DNA from: Desulfobacula sp.
GTDB lineage: Bacteria > Desulfobacterota > Desulfobacteria > Desulfobacterales > Desulfobacteraceae
Assembly (NCBI GenBank): GCA_012031875.1
Contig: JAAUSZ010000001.1
Coordinates: forward strand, 12,564 to 76,563
Direction: 5' to 3'
DNA: 64,000 nucleotides
How positions within the stretch are numbered: the first letter of the stretch is position 1; every line of letters starts with the position of its first letter. This document shows, piece by piece, positions 10,390-21,711 of the stretch. The position numbers were made by a program, and so were the translations under genes. The notes beneath the pieces are model-generated. The model was not told the origin of the DNA. It was given only the letters and a program-made list of their open reading frames with translations, and searched no databases.

Positions 10390-10469
10390 CTTTTTAACCT
10401 TCCTTTTCTGATTTTTGTTATTTAACCATGCTTCATGGAAATCTTTTATCAGTTGATGGATTATTTTCC

Positions 10470-10487
10470 ATCCCCCATCCGGGGGAT
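10470..10487. promoter_or_regulatory. 7-4-7 inverted repeat, candidate operator of the adjacent LuxR-type regulator
   Basis: ATCCCCC-ATCC-GGGGGAT in an AT-rich divergent intergenic region. Confidence 0.5.
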
Positions 10488-10559
10488 TTTATTTTTTTTC
10501 TTGTATTTTTTCGTCCAATGAATAATGAAACCCTTATGGTGAAAATATAAAGGTGCCCC

Positions 10560-11453
10560 ATGCATATAAAAAACTATTCTGAATTTGTATGTATTCTTCC
10601 CCAGTTCATGAACCCGTTACCGGACATTGAAAATCCCAGATCAAAGATCTGGTCGGCATCATTCAAGCTGGATCAGGATGTGAGCCATCTCTTCCCTTAT
10701 ATCAACGCAACCTTGGATGAGGCCTTATATTATGAAAAACCGGCCCATGTCAGATTTTTATTGAATGGGTATCGCTGCTTTTTATATCCTGATCTGGCCG
10801 CGGTGCATTTTTTTGAGAACAAAGCGGCAGCCAGGGATTTTATTGTTGATTTTATCGATTTTCTGAATGGCGTGGAGGATCAAAAGAAGAATATCAAACC
10901 GAATTACGAGCGGATCAAACCCATACCCATCATCGATATATTGAAAATCCTGCCAAAAACAAATTGCCGGAAATGCGGTTATTTAACCTGCATGGCATTT
11001 GCTGCTGCCATCATGAAGGGAAAGGCGGCGGCCGACAACTGCCCCGGCCTGGCGTTGCCCATCAGCGAGAATGCCGTCTATCCTGTTTTTGACGACACCG
11101 GCAACCTTGTAAATTCGGTTTCTTTGCAGATCAATACATCAAGGCTGAAAAATCAAATCCAGGAGCAGCATGAGCAGATTCTCAGACTGGAAGCAGCTCT
11201 TGGGACTGATCCGCAAAATGAAAAGGCCATGGATTCTCCCCGCCCACCCCCAAAAACCGATTTTGGGCTCACACACAGGGAAATGGAAGTGCTTAAACTG
11301 ATCGCACAAGGATATACCAATAATGAAATCTCCGGTATGTTATTTATCAGTCCCCATACCGTCAAAAGCCATATGATCCATATTTTTAATAAATTAGGCG
11401 TAAACGACAGGACCCAGGCGGCGGTGACAGCCACGCGAAGTGAACTCATCTAA
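10560..11453 (+). CDS. Transcriptional regulator with putative Fe-S domain and LuxR C-terminal HTH
   Basis: LPKTNCRKCGYLTCMAFA...CP (FeS/PF04060-like) plus LTHREMEVLKLIAQGYTNNEIS...TVKSH...KLGVNDRTQA. Confidence 0.88.
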   Translation: MHIKNYSEFVCILPQFMNPLPDIENPRSKIWSASFKLDQDVSHLFPYINATLDEALYYEKPAHVRFLLNGYRCFLYPDLAAVHFFENKAAARDFIVDFIDFLNGVEDQKKNIKPNYERIKPIPIIDILKILPKTNCRKCGYLTCMAFAAAIMKGKAAADNCPGLALPISENAVYPVFDDTGNLVNSVSLQINTSRLKNQIQEQHEQILRLEAALGTDPQNEKAMDSPRPPPKTDFGLTHREMEVLKLIAQGYTNNEISGMLFISPHTVKSHMIHIFNKLGVNDRTQAAVTATRSELI

Positions 11454-11469
11454 TCCTTTGGCGGGATAC

Positions 11470-11501
11470 AAAAAGGCGCTCTGGAATTCAGAGCGCCTTT
11501 T
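11470..11501. terminator. Bidirectional intrinsic terminator
   Basis: AAAAAGGCGCTCTG...CAGAGCGCCTTTT between convergent ORFs. Confidence 0.8.
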
Positions 11502-11524
11502 GAGTGCTTATGGGAATGGATTTA

Positions 11525-11735
11525 TTAGATTACGGCTTTCTTAAAATCAGACATGGCCTCCATAGACACCCGGTTGTTCGGACCGGGAGTTTGCCCCGGA
11601 AACCCTTGGGGAAGACCCGCCGCTGTAATTATGCTCATTGATTTTTTTCTGGCGTCTTTCCTCTCCTTCTCTGACCAGATTTCGGCACTCCCCTTTACAT
11701 ATTCCTGTAATATCTCTTGACGGTATATTTTTCAT
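11525..11735 (-). CDS. Possible small hypothetical protein (about 69 aa after a 1-nt correction in an A run)
   Basis: GAGAGGG upstream of ATG 11735; corrected frame MKIYRQEILQEYVKGSAEIWSEKERKDARKKSMSII...DFKKAVI ends just before the terminator. Confidence 0.35.
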
Positions 11736-11967
11736 TTGAGAACCCTCTCTTTTTTTGTATTTAGGAAAGAAAACCGGTATGTTGAACAGGCTTTCCGTAT
11801 ACACCATACATTAATGCCTCAAATTTGTTAGTCAAGACTCATATTTTTGCCTTCATAAAATCAAGACCCTGAAATCTTTGGAACTTATCCTGTTCCATCC
11901 ATGCTTTGCTAATCAGGGATCGGAGACCGTTCAGGGCTAAGGAGTCAAGATTCCGCCTGTTCCGGGG

Positions 11968-11996
11968 TTTACAAACCAGGGGCAGGGTCTTATACT
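11968..11996 (+). promoter_or_regulatory. sigma70 promoter of the rdgB operon
   Basis: TTTACA-N17-TATACT. Confidence 0.65.
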
Positions 11997-12014
11997 AAAC
12001 AGGCAGAAATCAAC

Positions 12015-12689
12015 ATGAACGACCTAAGGAGACTCCCATTGAAACAGATCATTGTGCTTGCAACCCGGAACAAGGGAAAAACAAGGGAATTTAAGGAATT
12101 ATTGACCCACCCGGACCTTGAAATCCGGAACCTGGATGATTTCGGCCCCATCCCTGAAGTGATTGAGGACGGCGCCACCTTTGACGACAATGCCTATAAA
12201 AAAGCCTCCTTTACGGCCCGGATCCTGGGATACCCGGCCCTGGCCGATGATTCCGGCCTGTGTGTGGAGGCCCTGGACGGTGCCCCGGGGGTGATTTCCG
12301 CCCGGTATGCCGGAGAAAATGCCTCGGATGCGGAAAACGTCAAAAAGATGCTGGCTGCGGTCAAGGGCAAGGAGAACCGGAACGCGGCCTTCAAATGCGT
12401 CATTTCCATTGCCGTTCCGACAGGCCCGGCCCTGACCTATGAGGGGGAGTGCAAGGGTCTCATTATTGACGAACCGGCCGGGGATAACGGGTTTGGATAT
12501 GACCCTGTGTTTTTCTTCCCGGCCCTTAATAAAACCTTTGCCCAGTTGAGCATTGAAGAAAAAGGCCGGGTCAGCCACCGGGGAAAGGCCATCCAGAAAG
12601 CGGCCAGGGAAATGGACAAAATCATCAAATGGATTGAATTCCACACGCCGGGCCTTGAACGTGTGGGATGCCAGGGGAAATCATCATGA
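12015..12689 (+). CDS. rdgB: Non-canonical purine NTP (XTP/dITP) pyrophosphatase (TTG start at 12039 possible)
   Basis: ATRNKGK, ADDSGL, GFGYDP, SHRGKA motifs. Confidence 0.95.
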   Translation: MNDLRRLPLKQIIVLATRNKGKTREFKELLTHPDLEIRNLDDFGPIPEVIEDGATFDDNAYKKASFTARILGYPALADDSGLCVEALDGAPGVISARYAGENASDAENVKKMLAAVKGKENRNAAFKCVISIAVPTGPALTYEGECKGLIIDEPAGDNGFGYDPVFFFPALNKTFAQLSIEEKGRVSHRGKAIQKAAREMDKIIKWIEFHTPGLERVGCQGKSS

Positions 12690-13273
12690 ACTTTGAAACA
12701 TTCAACCGGCTTGTCGTAAGTAACCGATCCTGCCGAAGGTTTGACCATGCCCATAAAATAGATACCAAGACATTGGAAAGCCTTGTGGGCCTGGCCCGGA
12801 ACTGCGCCTCGGCCGCCAATAAACAGCCCTTGAAATTCATCCTCTGCCGGGATGAGGCAAAAAACGAAGAGATCTTTTTCTGCCTGGGCTGGGCCGCCTA
12901 TCTCACGGACTGGCCCGGCCCGGAAAAGCCGGAACGGCCCTCGGCCTATATCGTCATCATGGGCGATCATACCATTTCCGATAATTTCTGGTGCGATCAC
13001 GGCATTGCGGCCCAGACCATTCTCCTGGGGGCCAGGGCCCTGGGCCTTGGCGGGTGCATGTTCGGAGCCATCAATATCAAAAAACTCAAAGGCTGCCTAA
13101 ATATCCCGGACACCCTGGAGGTGAAGCTCGTGGCGGCCCTGGGGAAACCGGTGGAAGAGATCCGGATTGATGAGATCGGTGAGAACGGAGACATCAAATA
13201 CTGGCGGGATGAAAACCGGGTCCACCATGTGCCGAAGCGAAAACTTTCCGACCTGATCACAGGGTCTTTTTAA
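12686..13273 (+). CDS. Nitroreductase family protein
   Basis: NRSCRRF, ASAANKQP, DHGIAAQTILLGA...LGGC, HVPKR; ATGA overlap with rdgB. Confidence 0.9.
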   Translation: MNFETFNRLVVSNRSCRRFDHAHKIDTKTLESLVGLARNCASAANKQPLKFILCRDEAKNEEIFFCLGWAAYLTDWPGPEKPERPSAYIVIMGDHTISDNFWCDHGIAAQTILLGARALGLGGCMFGAINIKKLKGCLNIPDTLEVKLVAALGKPVEEIRIDEIGENGDIKYWRDENRVHHVPKRKLSDLITGSF

Positions 13274-13284
13274 CCCGGCGGATA

Positions 13285-15011
13285 ATGGCAAAGAAGCAGC
13301 AACGCATACTCCTGGTCAACCCCTCCTGCCTTGATCCGAGGATATCCGGGGAAGATGCCCGCATTGTTCCCATGGGTCTTTTCTATATCGGCGCCCAGCT
13401 CATGGAAAACGGGTTTGATACAAAGATCCTCAACCTTGCCGGAGCCGAAGAAGACCCGGTGGGCGTTTTTAAAAAAGCATTGGAAATCCGGAAGCCCGAT
13501 GTCATCAGCTTTTCCGTGATGAACCCCAACCGCTGGAATGCCGTTGACTGCGCCAGGGCCGCCAAAAAGATCCATCCGGAGGCCATCATTGTATTTGGCG
13601 GCCCTGCCCCCACTTTTTTGTCTGAGCATCTTTTCTCGGTCTGTCCTGAGATCGATTATATCGTGAAAGGGGAGGGCGAGATCACCTTTTGGAACTCCTG
13701 GCCGCGCTTGAGGCAGGGGAACCGGTGGAAGACATCCAGGGACTGGTGATGAAACGGGACGGCAGGATCATCGAAGCGCCGCCCAGGCCGCCCCTGGAAA
13801 ACCTGGACGCCCTGGCCCAACCTTCAGCCTATTTCACCTTTCAGCACCTGGCCATGAGCCGGGGCTGCCCCGGGGCCTGCACCTTTTGCGGGTCCCCGGA
13901 ATTCTGGGGAAACCGGAGAGTGAGAGCCCATTCCCCTCAATGGCTGGCCCGTGAAATGGAAGCCCTGGCCCAAAAAGGCGTCACCCATTTTTATATCTCC
14001 GATGACACCTTTACCATGGATAAACAGAGGGTCCTGGAATTCTGCCGCCTGATCATCCAAAAAGCCCTCTCCGTCACCTGGAATGCCATATCCCGGGCGG
14101 ACTGTGTGGATGAGGACATCCTTCTGGCCATGCGAAAGGCGGGCTGCATCCAGATCAGCTATGGGGTCGAGTCCGGGTCTGAGAAAATCAGAAAGGCCCT
14201 GGGAAAACCCATTGACCAGGAAAAAATCATCTCCGCCTTTGCCCTGACCAAATCCTTGGGCATCCTTGCCCGGGCCTATTTCATCTACGGCTCTCCGGGG
14301 GAAACCCGGGACACCATAAAGGAAAGCATGGACCTGATCCATGCCATCCAGCCCCTGGGGGCGGTTTTCTATATGCTGGTCATCTTTCCCGGCACCTTTC
14401 TTTACCGGAGGGCAAAACAAAAAGGCCTGGTTTCCGATGATTTCTGGCATCAGCGGGTGGAAGACCTGCCCTGGTTTGAAATCGATAAAGACCTGAATTT
14501 TAAGACCGTCAAGGCCTTTGGGGACAGCCTGAGAGCCTCATTTTACAATCACCTGGACCAATTTGCCCAAAACCTGGATCTGGTGGATAAAAAAGAACTG
14601 TATCCCCTTCATGCGGATTTTTTATCCCGGCTGGCCATGACCTTTTCCCATGGGGAATATGCAGCCGATCCCCGGGTGAAAAACCAGGAGAAAACCGCAA
14701 CCCATCTTTTTGAACGGTCCCTTTCCCTTGCCCCGGATGCCAGGGCCTTTCTCGGGCTTGCCCTGCAAAAGCAGAAATCCAGGGATTTTAACGGGGCCAT
14801 GGCCGTCCTGGAACAGGGTCTGGCCCATTTCCCCAGGCATAAGGACCTGAACCTGTGCCTGGGGATCTGTCTCATGAACCAGGGCCGGTTCAAGGCCGCC
14901 CTGGCATATTTTGAGCCCTTCCAAGAATTTCCGGAAACCCGGCAGTATATCGCCGTCTGCCAAAAAACAGTTGAGGACACAGTATGGACCCACACACGGA
15001 TTACCAAATAG
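13285..15011 (+). CDS. B12-binding radical SAM protein with C-terminal TPRs (frameshift near 13690)
   Basis: B12-binding region (GGPAPT, GEGE), SRGCPGACTFC, YGVESGS, TPR-like helices; split over two ORFs. Confidence 0.85.
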
Positions 15012-16743
15012 CCAATCTTCAGAACAGGGAATTGAAACTCCGGGCCCGCGCCTGGAAATCCTCGCGGCCGAGCCTGAAAAAGCCCTGGACATGATCCTGG
15101 AAGCCCCCTCCCCCGCAACCCTTATCCAGTCCTTCCCGGACCAGGACCTCTATTATCTCATGCACAAGATCGGACCCTATGATTTTGTTCCGGTCCTGTC
15201 CATGGCCCGGTCGGACCAGTGGGAATATATCCTGGACGTGGAAGCCTGGGACAATGACCGGATAAACACGGCCGTCATGACCAAAACCCTTGACATCCTG
15301 TTCCAGGCTGCCCCGGAAAGGCTTTTGCGCTGGATCATCATGGAAAAACCCGACTTTTTCGAATTTTATCTGTTCAAATACATGGATATTTTTGTCCGGG
15401 AACATGATGAGGTGCCGCCGGAAGACTTTGATGATTATATTACCCTGGATGACAAATTCTATTTCAGGTTCCCGGACCGGGCAGCAGTTTTTGACGAGGA
15501 CGAAGAGCCCGGCGCTGAGAATCTTTTTCCTGAAACCGATGAAGAAGCCAAAGAACTCATTGAAAACATGATGAGAAAGCTGGCGGAAATGGATTTGTCC
15601 GTATTTCACGGGCTTTTGCTGGAAACCGGGGCCCTTCTGACGGCCGAGACGGAAGAAGAACAGTACCGCCTGAAGAATCTGAGGCTGGCTGAAAAAGGGT
15701 TCCTGCCTCCCCATGAAGCCGGGGGCATTTACCAGCCCGCAAAATTATCCGCCCTTCGAAAGCGCCCGGAAAGGCCCTCAGCCAAACACACCCCCTTTGA
15801 TGCGGACCTTCCTTCCCCCCCCCAGTATTTCACCGCCTTTATTGAAGGCGATGACCTGCTGGTCTCCGCCTTAAAACGCATGGACGGGCATTTCTCCCTG
15901 GAACTGGAATCGGAGCTGGCCGCCCTCATCAATAAAATCATTTCCGCCGACCGGATCAGGCTCCGGGAAAAGGAAGACCTTGAAAAGGCGGTGTTCAAAG
16001 CCCGTGACTATCTCAACCTCGGCCTTGAGGTGATCCTCAAGGGAAGCTTGAACCCGGAGTCGGCCCGGGACGCCATCCAAGAATATTTCCTCGAGGATGT
16101 CTTCAGGATCGGCTCCAGGGCCGGCATTGTCCTGAAAACCAAGGCCCTTAACTGGTTTAAGCAAAGTTTTCTCCAGGAAAACAACCTCCCCTTAAGTTTT
16201 CTGGGAGAGACCTATCTCGGGGTCGTGGGCGGTCTCTTCCTGGACCGGCCCCTGTATTTTGACAATTATGCCTCGGGCGCCTTGTACCGAAATTTCAAAT
16301 CCATCCCGGACATCACCCGGACCAGCCGCCTCCTGGACCAGATCATGGCCCTGGACAGGGTTCTGGGAAGATTATCCGTGGATGTGTCTTCCTTTAAAGA
16401 AGGCCTCCTGACCTATAAAACCCTGATCCTGACCCTGTGGGCCAAAAGCCGCCTGAACCTGCCGCAGGACCTGAGACCCATGGATACCCGGTCCTTTAAA
16501 AAATTTTTTGCCGCGCTTTTCTCACACCCGGACCCGGAAAAACCGGGCCGGATTCAACTCAGCGACCTTCTCATCTGGATGACCGAGGCCACGGGAATGG
16601 ATGAGGCAGACATGGGCAAAGAATTCCATGACATTTTAAGCGATCTGATCAAGGAGCTTGAAGCCGAATACGGCGAAGTTGATCCCGAAACCATTGACCC
16701 ACGGTTCATCCCCCATTTTCTCTTGAAAAAGAAGAAAAAATAA
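14984..16743 (+). CDS. DUF6178-like protein (frameshift near 15045)
   Basis: GAGG + ATG 14984 in a different frame from the main ORF; QWEYILDVEAWDND and RLAEKGF motifs. Confidence 0.6.
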
Positions 16744-16857
16744 GGCGGAAAGGCTTTTAACGGTTTTCCCCTTGTATGAACCTATCCTGTGGTTTGTTGT
16801 TAGATTGTTTAAGAGAGCTTTTAATAGATCTTTTAATACAATTTAGGGGGTGTTGAT

Positions 16858-16972
16858 ATGACCACTACCAATCCAATTTTGGCAGATGTCAGTGCCGGGG
16901 TATCCGGACTTAAAAAGAATCCCATGGCTGTCATACAACAAGGCGATGGTGCGCCTGTTGCGATTCTGAAAG
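16858..16972 (+). pseudogene. Truncated StbD/Phd-YefM-type antitoxin
   Basis: ILADVSAGVSGLKKNPMAVIQQGDGAPVAIL matches the StbD N-terminus; homology ends at the cheB 3' end; no toxin. Confidence 0.7.
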
Positions 16973-16979
16973 GAAAAAT

Positions 16980-18056
16980 CTATTGCGCGGCCAGAACGAT
17001 TTTCTGGGTAATGTCCAGGGGGTCGAGGCTTTCGTCGGACAGGCCCGCCTCATCCACGGCCCTGGGCATCCCGTACACAACACAGGTTTCCGAGGCCTGG
17101 GAAAGGCAGACGCAGTTACGGGCTTTCATGGCGGCCACGCCTTTTTTGCCGTCCTCGCCCATGCCGGTCAGGATCACGGCAAGGATCCGGCCCTTGTAAG
17201 ACCCGGCAACGGATTCAAACAGGACATCGGCCGAGGGCCGGACGCTGTTCACCGGGGGCCTGCTGTTCAAAACAATGGTGCGCCGGCCCCGGTCATCGGT
17301 CTTTGATACGGTCATGTGCCGGCCGCCGGGGGCGATATACACCTTCCCCGGAAGGATCTCATCCCCATGGGCTGCCTCAAAAATATCCAGTTCCGATTTT
17401 AGGTTCAGGCTCTTGGCAAAATACCCGGTCATGGCCTCGGGGATATGCTGGACCAGAAGAATGGGGGCCTTGAGGGCCCGCGGCAGGATGGAAAAGATCC
17501 GGCTCAGGATTTCAGGGCCGCCGGTTGAGGACGCGATGACAACGATCTCTGCTTTTTCGGGAAAGGATATGGTTTTTTTCACCCGGGGGTCAGGCGTCTT
17601 TCCGGGCATGAAAAACCGATTATGGTATCCGCGGGCCAAAGGCGTGTTTGAAAAGCGTTTGCGGCTCCGCAAAAGCCCTGTGAGGGTCAACAGATGAAGC
17701 CGAAATTCGTTATACTGACGGGAGGCTGAATTCAAAGGTTTTTCAAGGCATTCATACACCCCCATCTCAAGGGCGCTGATCAGGATATCCGACTCCGGGT
17801 GATCCGGGTGATAGGTGATGATGATATTCAGGCCGGGGTCGATTTTTTTCAAGGCCTCAACGGTTTCTATCCCCCCCAGGGCCGGGTCCAGAAGGATAAG
17901 ATCCGGAACCGCAGTGTTGATCTTGGCCGTTATCATGTCCCGGGAGCGGGCGAGGCCAAGGATACGGACCCCGTCGATCAAAGCGCACATCTCTTTTAAA
18001 AGGGCTGTTGAACCCGGATCCTTATCCGCTATGAGTATATTCAGCCCGTCAGCCAT
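16980..18056 (-). CDS. cheB: Chemotaxis methylesterase with divergent receiver domain
   Basis: ASSTGGP, VQH, RPSADVLF, LTGMGEDG, VVYGMP. Confidence 0.93.
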   Translation of the reverse strand: MADGLNILIADKDPGSTALLKEMCALIDGVRILGLARSRDMITAKINTAVPDLILLDPALGGIETVEALKKIDPGLNIIITYHPDHPESDILISALEMGVYECLEKPLNSASRQYNEFRLHLLTLTGLLRSRKRFSNTPLARGYHNRFFMPGKTPDPRVKKTISFPEKAEIVVIASSTGGPEILSRIFSILPRALKAPILLVQHIPEAMTGYFAKSLNLKSELDIFEAAHGDEILPGKVYIAPGGRHMTVSKTDDRGRRTIVLNSRPPVNSVRPSADVLFESVAGSYKGRILAVILTGMGEDGKKGVAAMKARNCVCLSQASETCVVYGMPRAVDEAGLSDESLDPLDITQKIVLAAQ

Positions 18057-18062
18057 CCGCTT

Positions 18063-18449
18063 TTATAAAATTCCCGCCTGTTTTAATTTGAGCTCAACCA
18101 TGTCTGCATCAAAGGGTTTGATAATATAGGCCTGGATACCGAGTCTCATGGTTTCCAGGATAATCTGCCGGGCCGTCACCGTCGTGGCCATGATAAAAGG
18201 CATCCCGGCCGTTTCCGCGTGGGTCCGGACGGCTCTTAACAGTTCAAGTCCGGTCATCCCCGGCATTTCCATATCCGAGACAATCAGGTCAAAACCATGG
18301 CTCCGTCCTTTTCCGGCTGCGTCGGTGATCCTGTACCAGGCATCTTCCCCGTCCACCGCCTCGGTGATATCCGAAAACCCCAGGTGGATCAGAATGGCTT
18401 TCATGGCAGCCCGGATGGAGGCCTTGTCGTCAACGATCAGAATTTTCAC
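18063..18449 (-). CDS. cheY: CheY-like response regulator
   Basis: ILIVDD, SDMEMPGMTG, IKPF; che cluster context. Confidence 0.85.
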   Translation of the reverse strand: MKILIVDDKASIRAAMKAILIHLGFSDITEAVDGEDAWYRITDAAGKGRSHGFDLIVSDMEMPGMTGLELLRAVRTHAETAGMPFIMATTVTARQIILETMRLGIQAYIIKPFDADMVELKLKQAGIL

Positions 18450-21219
18450 GAGGGGCCCCGGCTCCTTTCACCGTCATGAGTTTCTGCTCGATCAGATCTG
18501 TAAATTGATCCGGGTCCAGCACCTGTACCATCATATCGTCGATAAACAGTTTTCCCAGGACCGGTCCGGGGCAGATGTCATCCCGGCTCAGGGGCTTATC
18601 CGTCTCAATGGTGTCAATGATGCCCGAGGCAAGAATCCCCACCCGTGCAGACACCTGTTTTGGGAAAACGGCAAAAATCTCCCCGGCCGTAAGATCGCAG
18701 CCGCCGGCCGGCAGGAATTCATCCATTGAAAACAGCAGGATTGCCCGGTCCTGGTATTCAATATGTTTTAAATGACCGGTATAATGGATATCCTCCGGGT
18801 TCACAGGCTCAAGCCGGGCAACATGTTTCAGCTCCAGCGCGAAATACTCTTTCGGGCCGCCCGTGAAAATAATCAGATTCCGTTTTTCCCCCTGGGCCCC
18901 GGCCTCTTTTTCCTTCCTTTGCTTTGCCTCCTCGGTCCGGATGGAATCGAATTTCAGGGAGGAAGAAGCGGCAATGCCCTGGATGTCGAGGACCATGATC
19001 ACATCTCCGGTCCCCAGGATGGTGGTCCCGGCAAAGCATTTCAAATGGCTGATATAATCGGACAAGGGCTCGACAACAACTTCCTCGATATCGTGAAGCT
19101 CATCCACACAAAGGCCGAAAAGATTCCCCCCGAGTTTCAGGACAATGACATAGGCCGTGTCCCAGGGATGCTGCCGGCGATCCTTGCCCTGGATTCTTTT
19201 TTCGGGTCTTGGCCCGGCTCTTTTTTTTGCCTCCGGTCGGCAAGGGCCTTTCTTTTTTCCTCTTCTTTTTCACCGGTCAGGGGCTGTTCAATATAGGTTG
19301 CGATATCCAAAAGGGTGCGAAGCCGGATAACGGGAAAGAGACTTCCCCTCAGCTTCAGGACTTCGGAACCGGCCAGGTTTTCCACCCGGTTCTGCACGGT
19401 TCCCTTTTCAAGATAAAGGACTTCCTTGATATTTCCCTGGGGGATGGCGAATCTGAATCCGCCAACGCCGACAATCAGGGAAGGGACAATGGCCAGCGTC
19501 AAGGGAATGATGAGATGGACCCGGTCCCCTCCCCTTTCTTCGTATCAATCTCGATATGGCCCCTCAGGCTTTCCATATTGGTCCGGACCACATCCATACC
19601 GACCCCGCGTCCCGAGATATCCGTGATCTCTTCCGAGGTGGTGAACCCCGGAAGAAAGATGAGATCGATCTTCTCCTTATCCGTCATCTTATCCAGCCGG
19701 TCCTCGGGGACAAGCCCTTTTTCAAAAGCTTTTGACAGAATAAGCTGGGGATCGATCCCGGCCCCGTCATCGGAGATGATGATATGGACCTGGCCGCCCT
19801 GGTGAAAGGCTTTAACCCGGATGGTCCCGGCCTCGGGTTTGGATCTTTGCACCCGCTCTTCCGGGGATTCAATCCCGTGATCAATACAGTTCCGGATAAG
19901 GTGGGTCACGGGGTTGGCGAGTTTTTCCAAAACAGTCCGGTCCACCTCCACATCGGCCCCTTCGAGAATGAACTCCACCTTTTTGGAGATTCTCCGGGCA
20001 ATGTCCCTCACCACCCGTTTGTATTTTCCCATGAGGTCGATGACGGGCTGCATTCTCATCTGCATGATGGCTTCCTGGATATCCGTCGTCACCATGTCCA
20101 GGTTCTGCATGATGCCTGAGGCAAGCCCGTCTTCACTTGCATATGTGGCAAGAAAGGGCCTCAGTTGATTCCTGGCCAGGACAAGTTCGCCGGCCCGGTT
20201 CATGAGCCTTGAAATAAGATCCACATTGATCCTGAGGGTCTGCCCGGTTGAAGAGGGAGACAGGAAGGGCTCCGGCGTTCCCTGGGCAGGGGCTTCCTCC
20301 GGTTCGGAAAGGGCGGGGTCCGCAACATTCAATGATGTCGGCAAAGGCTCCGGATCCTTGGCCGCCCGGGACCCAAGTCCCTTCATCAGGGTTTCATAGC
20401 CCGCGAACTGACGGTCTATCAGGGTCATCTGGGTCTTTGTGATTTCCAGCACCTGGGACAGCAGCGGCAGGTCCAGGATGGTTGAAACCACGCAAAAAAA
20501 CCCCTCTCTTTCATTTCCGCTCAGGCTTTCTTCAAGGTCGGAAAATAAGATGTCCCCGATGCTTCTGATATCCTCGACAATGGCCTCTTTGCTCTTGCTC
20601 CTGGCCCTGAGGTCGGCTCCGAACCGGATATATACGGCATAAATGAATTTCTGGGCCGCAAGGGCATGGTCAAGCCTTTTCTTATCCACGGGAAATTCCC
20701 GCCCCTGAAAGACAGGGCTTTCACCCAGGGGTTTTAATACCGTACAGGCGCCGGCCAAGGACTTTTCCGGGTCTTCCTGATTTTTTTCCTGTGCCGGGAT
20801 GGTGAGTGTATGGCCTCTTTCTCAGGATTCAGGACGGTCTGAAGGGCCTCTTTTTCCTTTTCACAGTCGCAGGCCTCACCCCTGCCCATCTGCTCCACCA
20901 TGAGCTTCATTTTGTCAAATCCGGCCAAAAGAGCGTCCACCACATCCGGGGTAATGACCAGGGTTTTCTCCCTGACCCGCATCAATACGTTTTCCATGGC
21001 ATGGCCCAGGCCGGCAAGTTCTTTAAAATCAATGAATCCGGCCCCGCCTTTAATGCTGTGAATGGACCGGAAGGCCTGGTTGACCAGGTCGTCATCAATG
21101 GACGCGCCCCTTTGCTCCATGGCCAGAAGCACGGGTTCAAGACCGGCAAGGTCATCCTTTATTTCTGCAATAAATTCCGATGACATTGCATCCAAAGGGC
21201 CATGGCCGACGGTAGTCAT
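18430..21219 (-). CDS. cheA: Chemotaxis kinase CheA with two CheW-like domains (3 apparent frameshifts near 20750, 19510, 19130)
   Basis: Hpt FRSIHSIKGGAGF, HLIRNCIDHGIE, DISGRGVGMDVV, PLTLAI, CheW-like tails across four ORFs. Confidence 0.9.
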
Positions 21220-21692
21220 AGGCCTTCCCTTAAGGACCCGGCTTCGGTCCGGACGCAGGCCAGGATTGTCCCGGCCTTGAGCAGGATCATGGCCCCCTCC
21301 GGGAGATTGATGACGGTATCGCTGTATTTTTGTATCCCCGGACTGATATTGGCCGGAACAGGCTCTATCCTTTCCCTGCCGGTGCTGAAGACATCCCCGA
21401 TCTGATCCACGGCAAATCCGACACGGGTATGTTTGAACACTATGATATGGCTTCCTGAATCCCGGCCCGGCGTTTCAAGCCCCAGAAGAACACCGATATC
21501 CAGGACGGTCAGGATCTGACCCCTAAGATTTGCAAGCCCCATCACAAAACCGGGAGCCCGGTGGACCCGGGTCACCTTTTTACAGGGAAGGATTTCCCGG
21601 ATATCCAGGATATCCACCCCCATAAGGGTCTGGGCCAGCCTGAAGGTAATATACCGGAAAATATGATTCTGGGTGGGTTTCATTCTGGTCAT
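21216..21692 (-). CDS. cheW: Chemotaxis coupling protein
   Basis: GLANLRGQILTVLD, GFAVDQIGDV. Confidence 0.92.
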   Translation of the reverse strand: MTRMKPTQNHIFRYITFRLAQTLMGVDILDIREILPCKKVTRVHRAPGFVMGLANLRGQILTVLDIGVLLGLETPGRDSGSHIIVFKHTRVGFAVDQIGDVFSTGRERIEPVPANISPGIQKYSDTVINLPEGAMILLKAGTILACVRTEAGSLREGL

Positions 21693-21711
21693 CCCGGTTA
21701 AAGTTCCTGCA

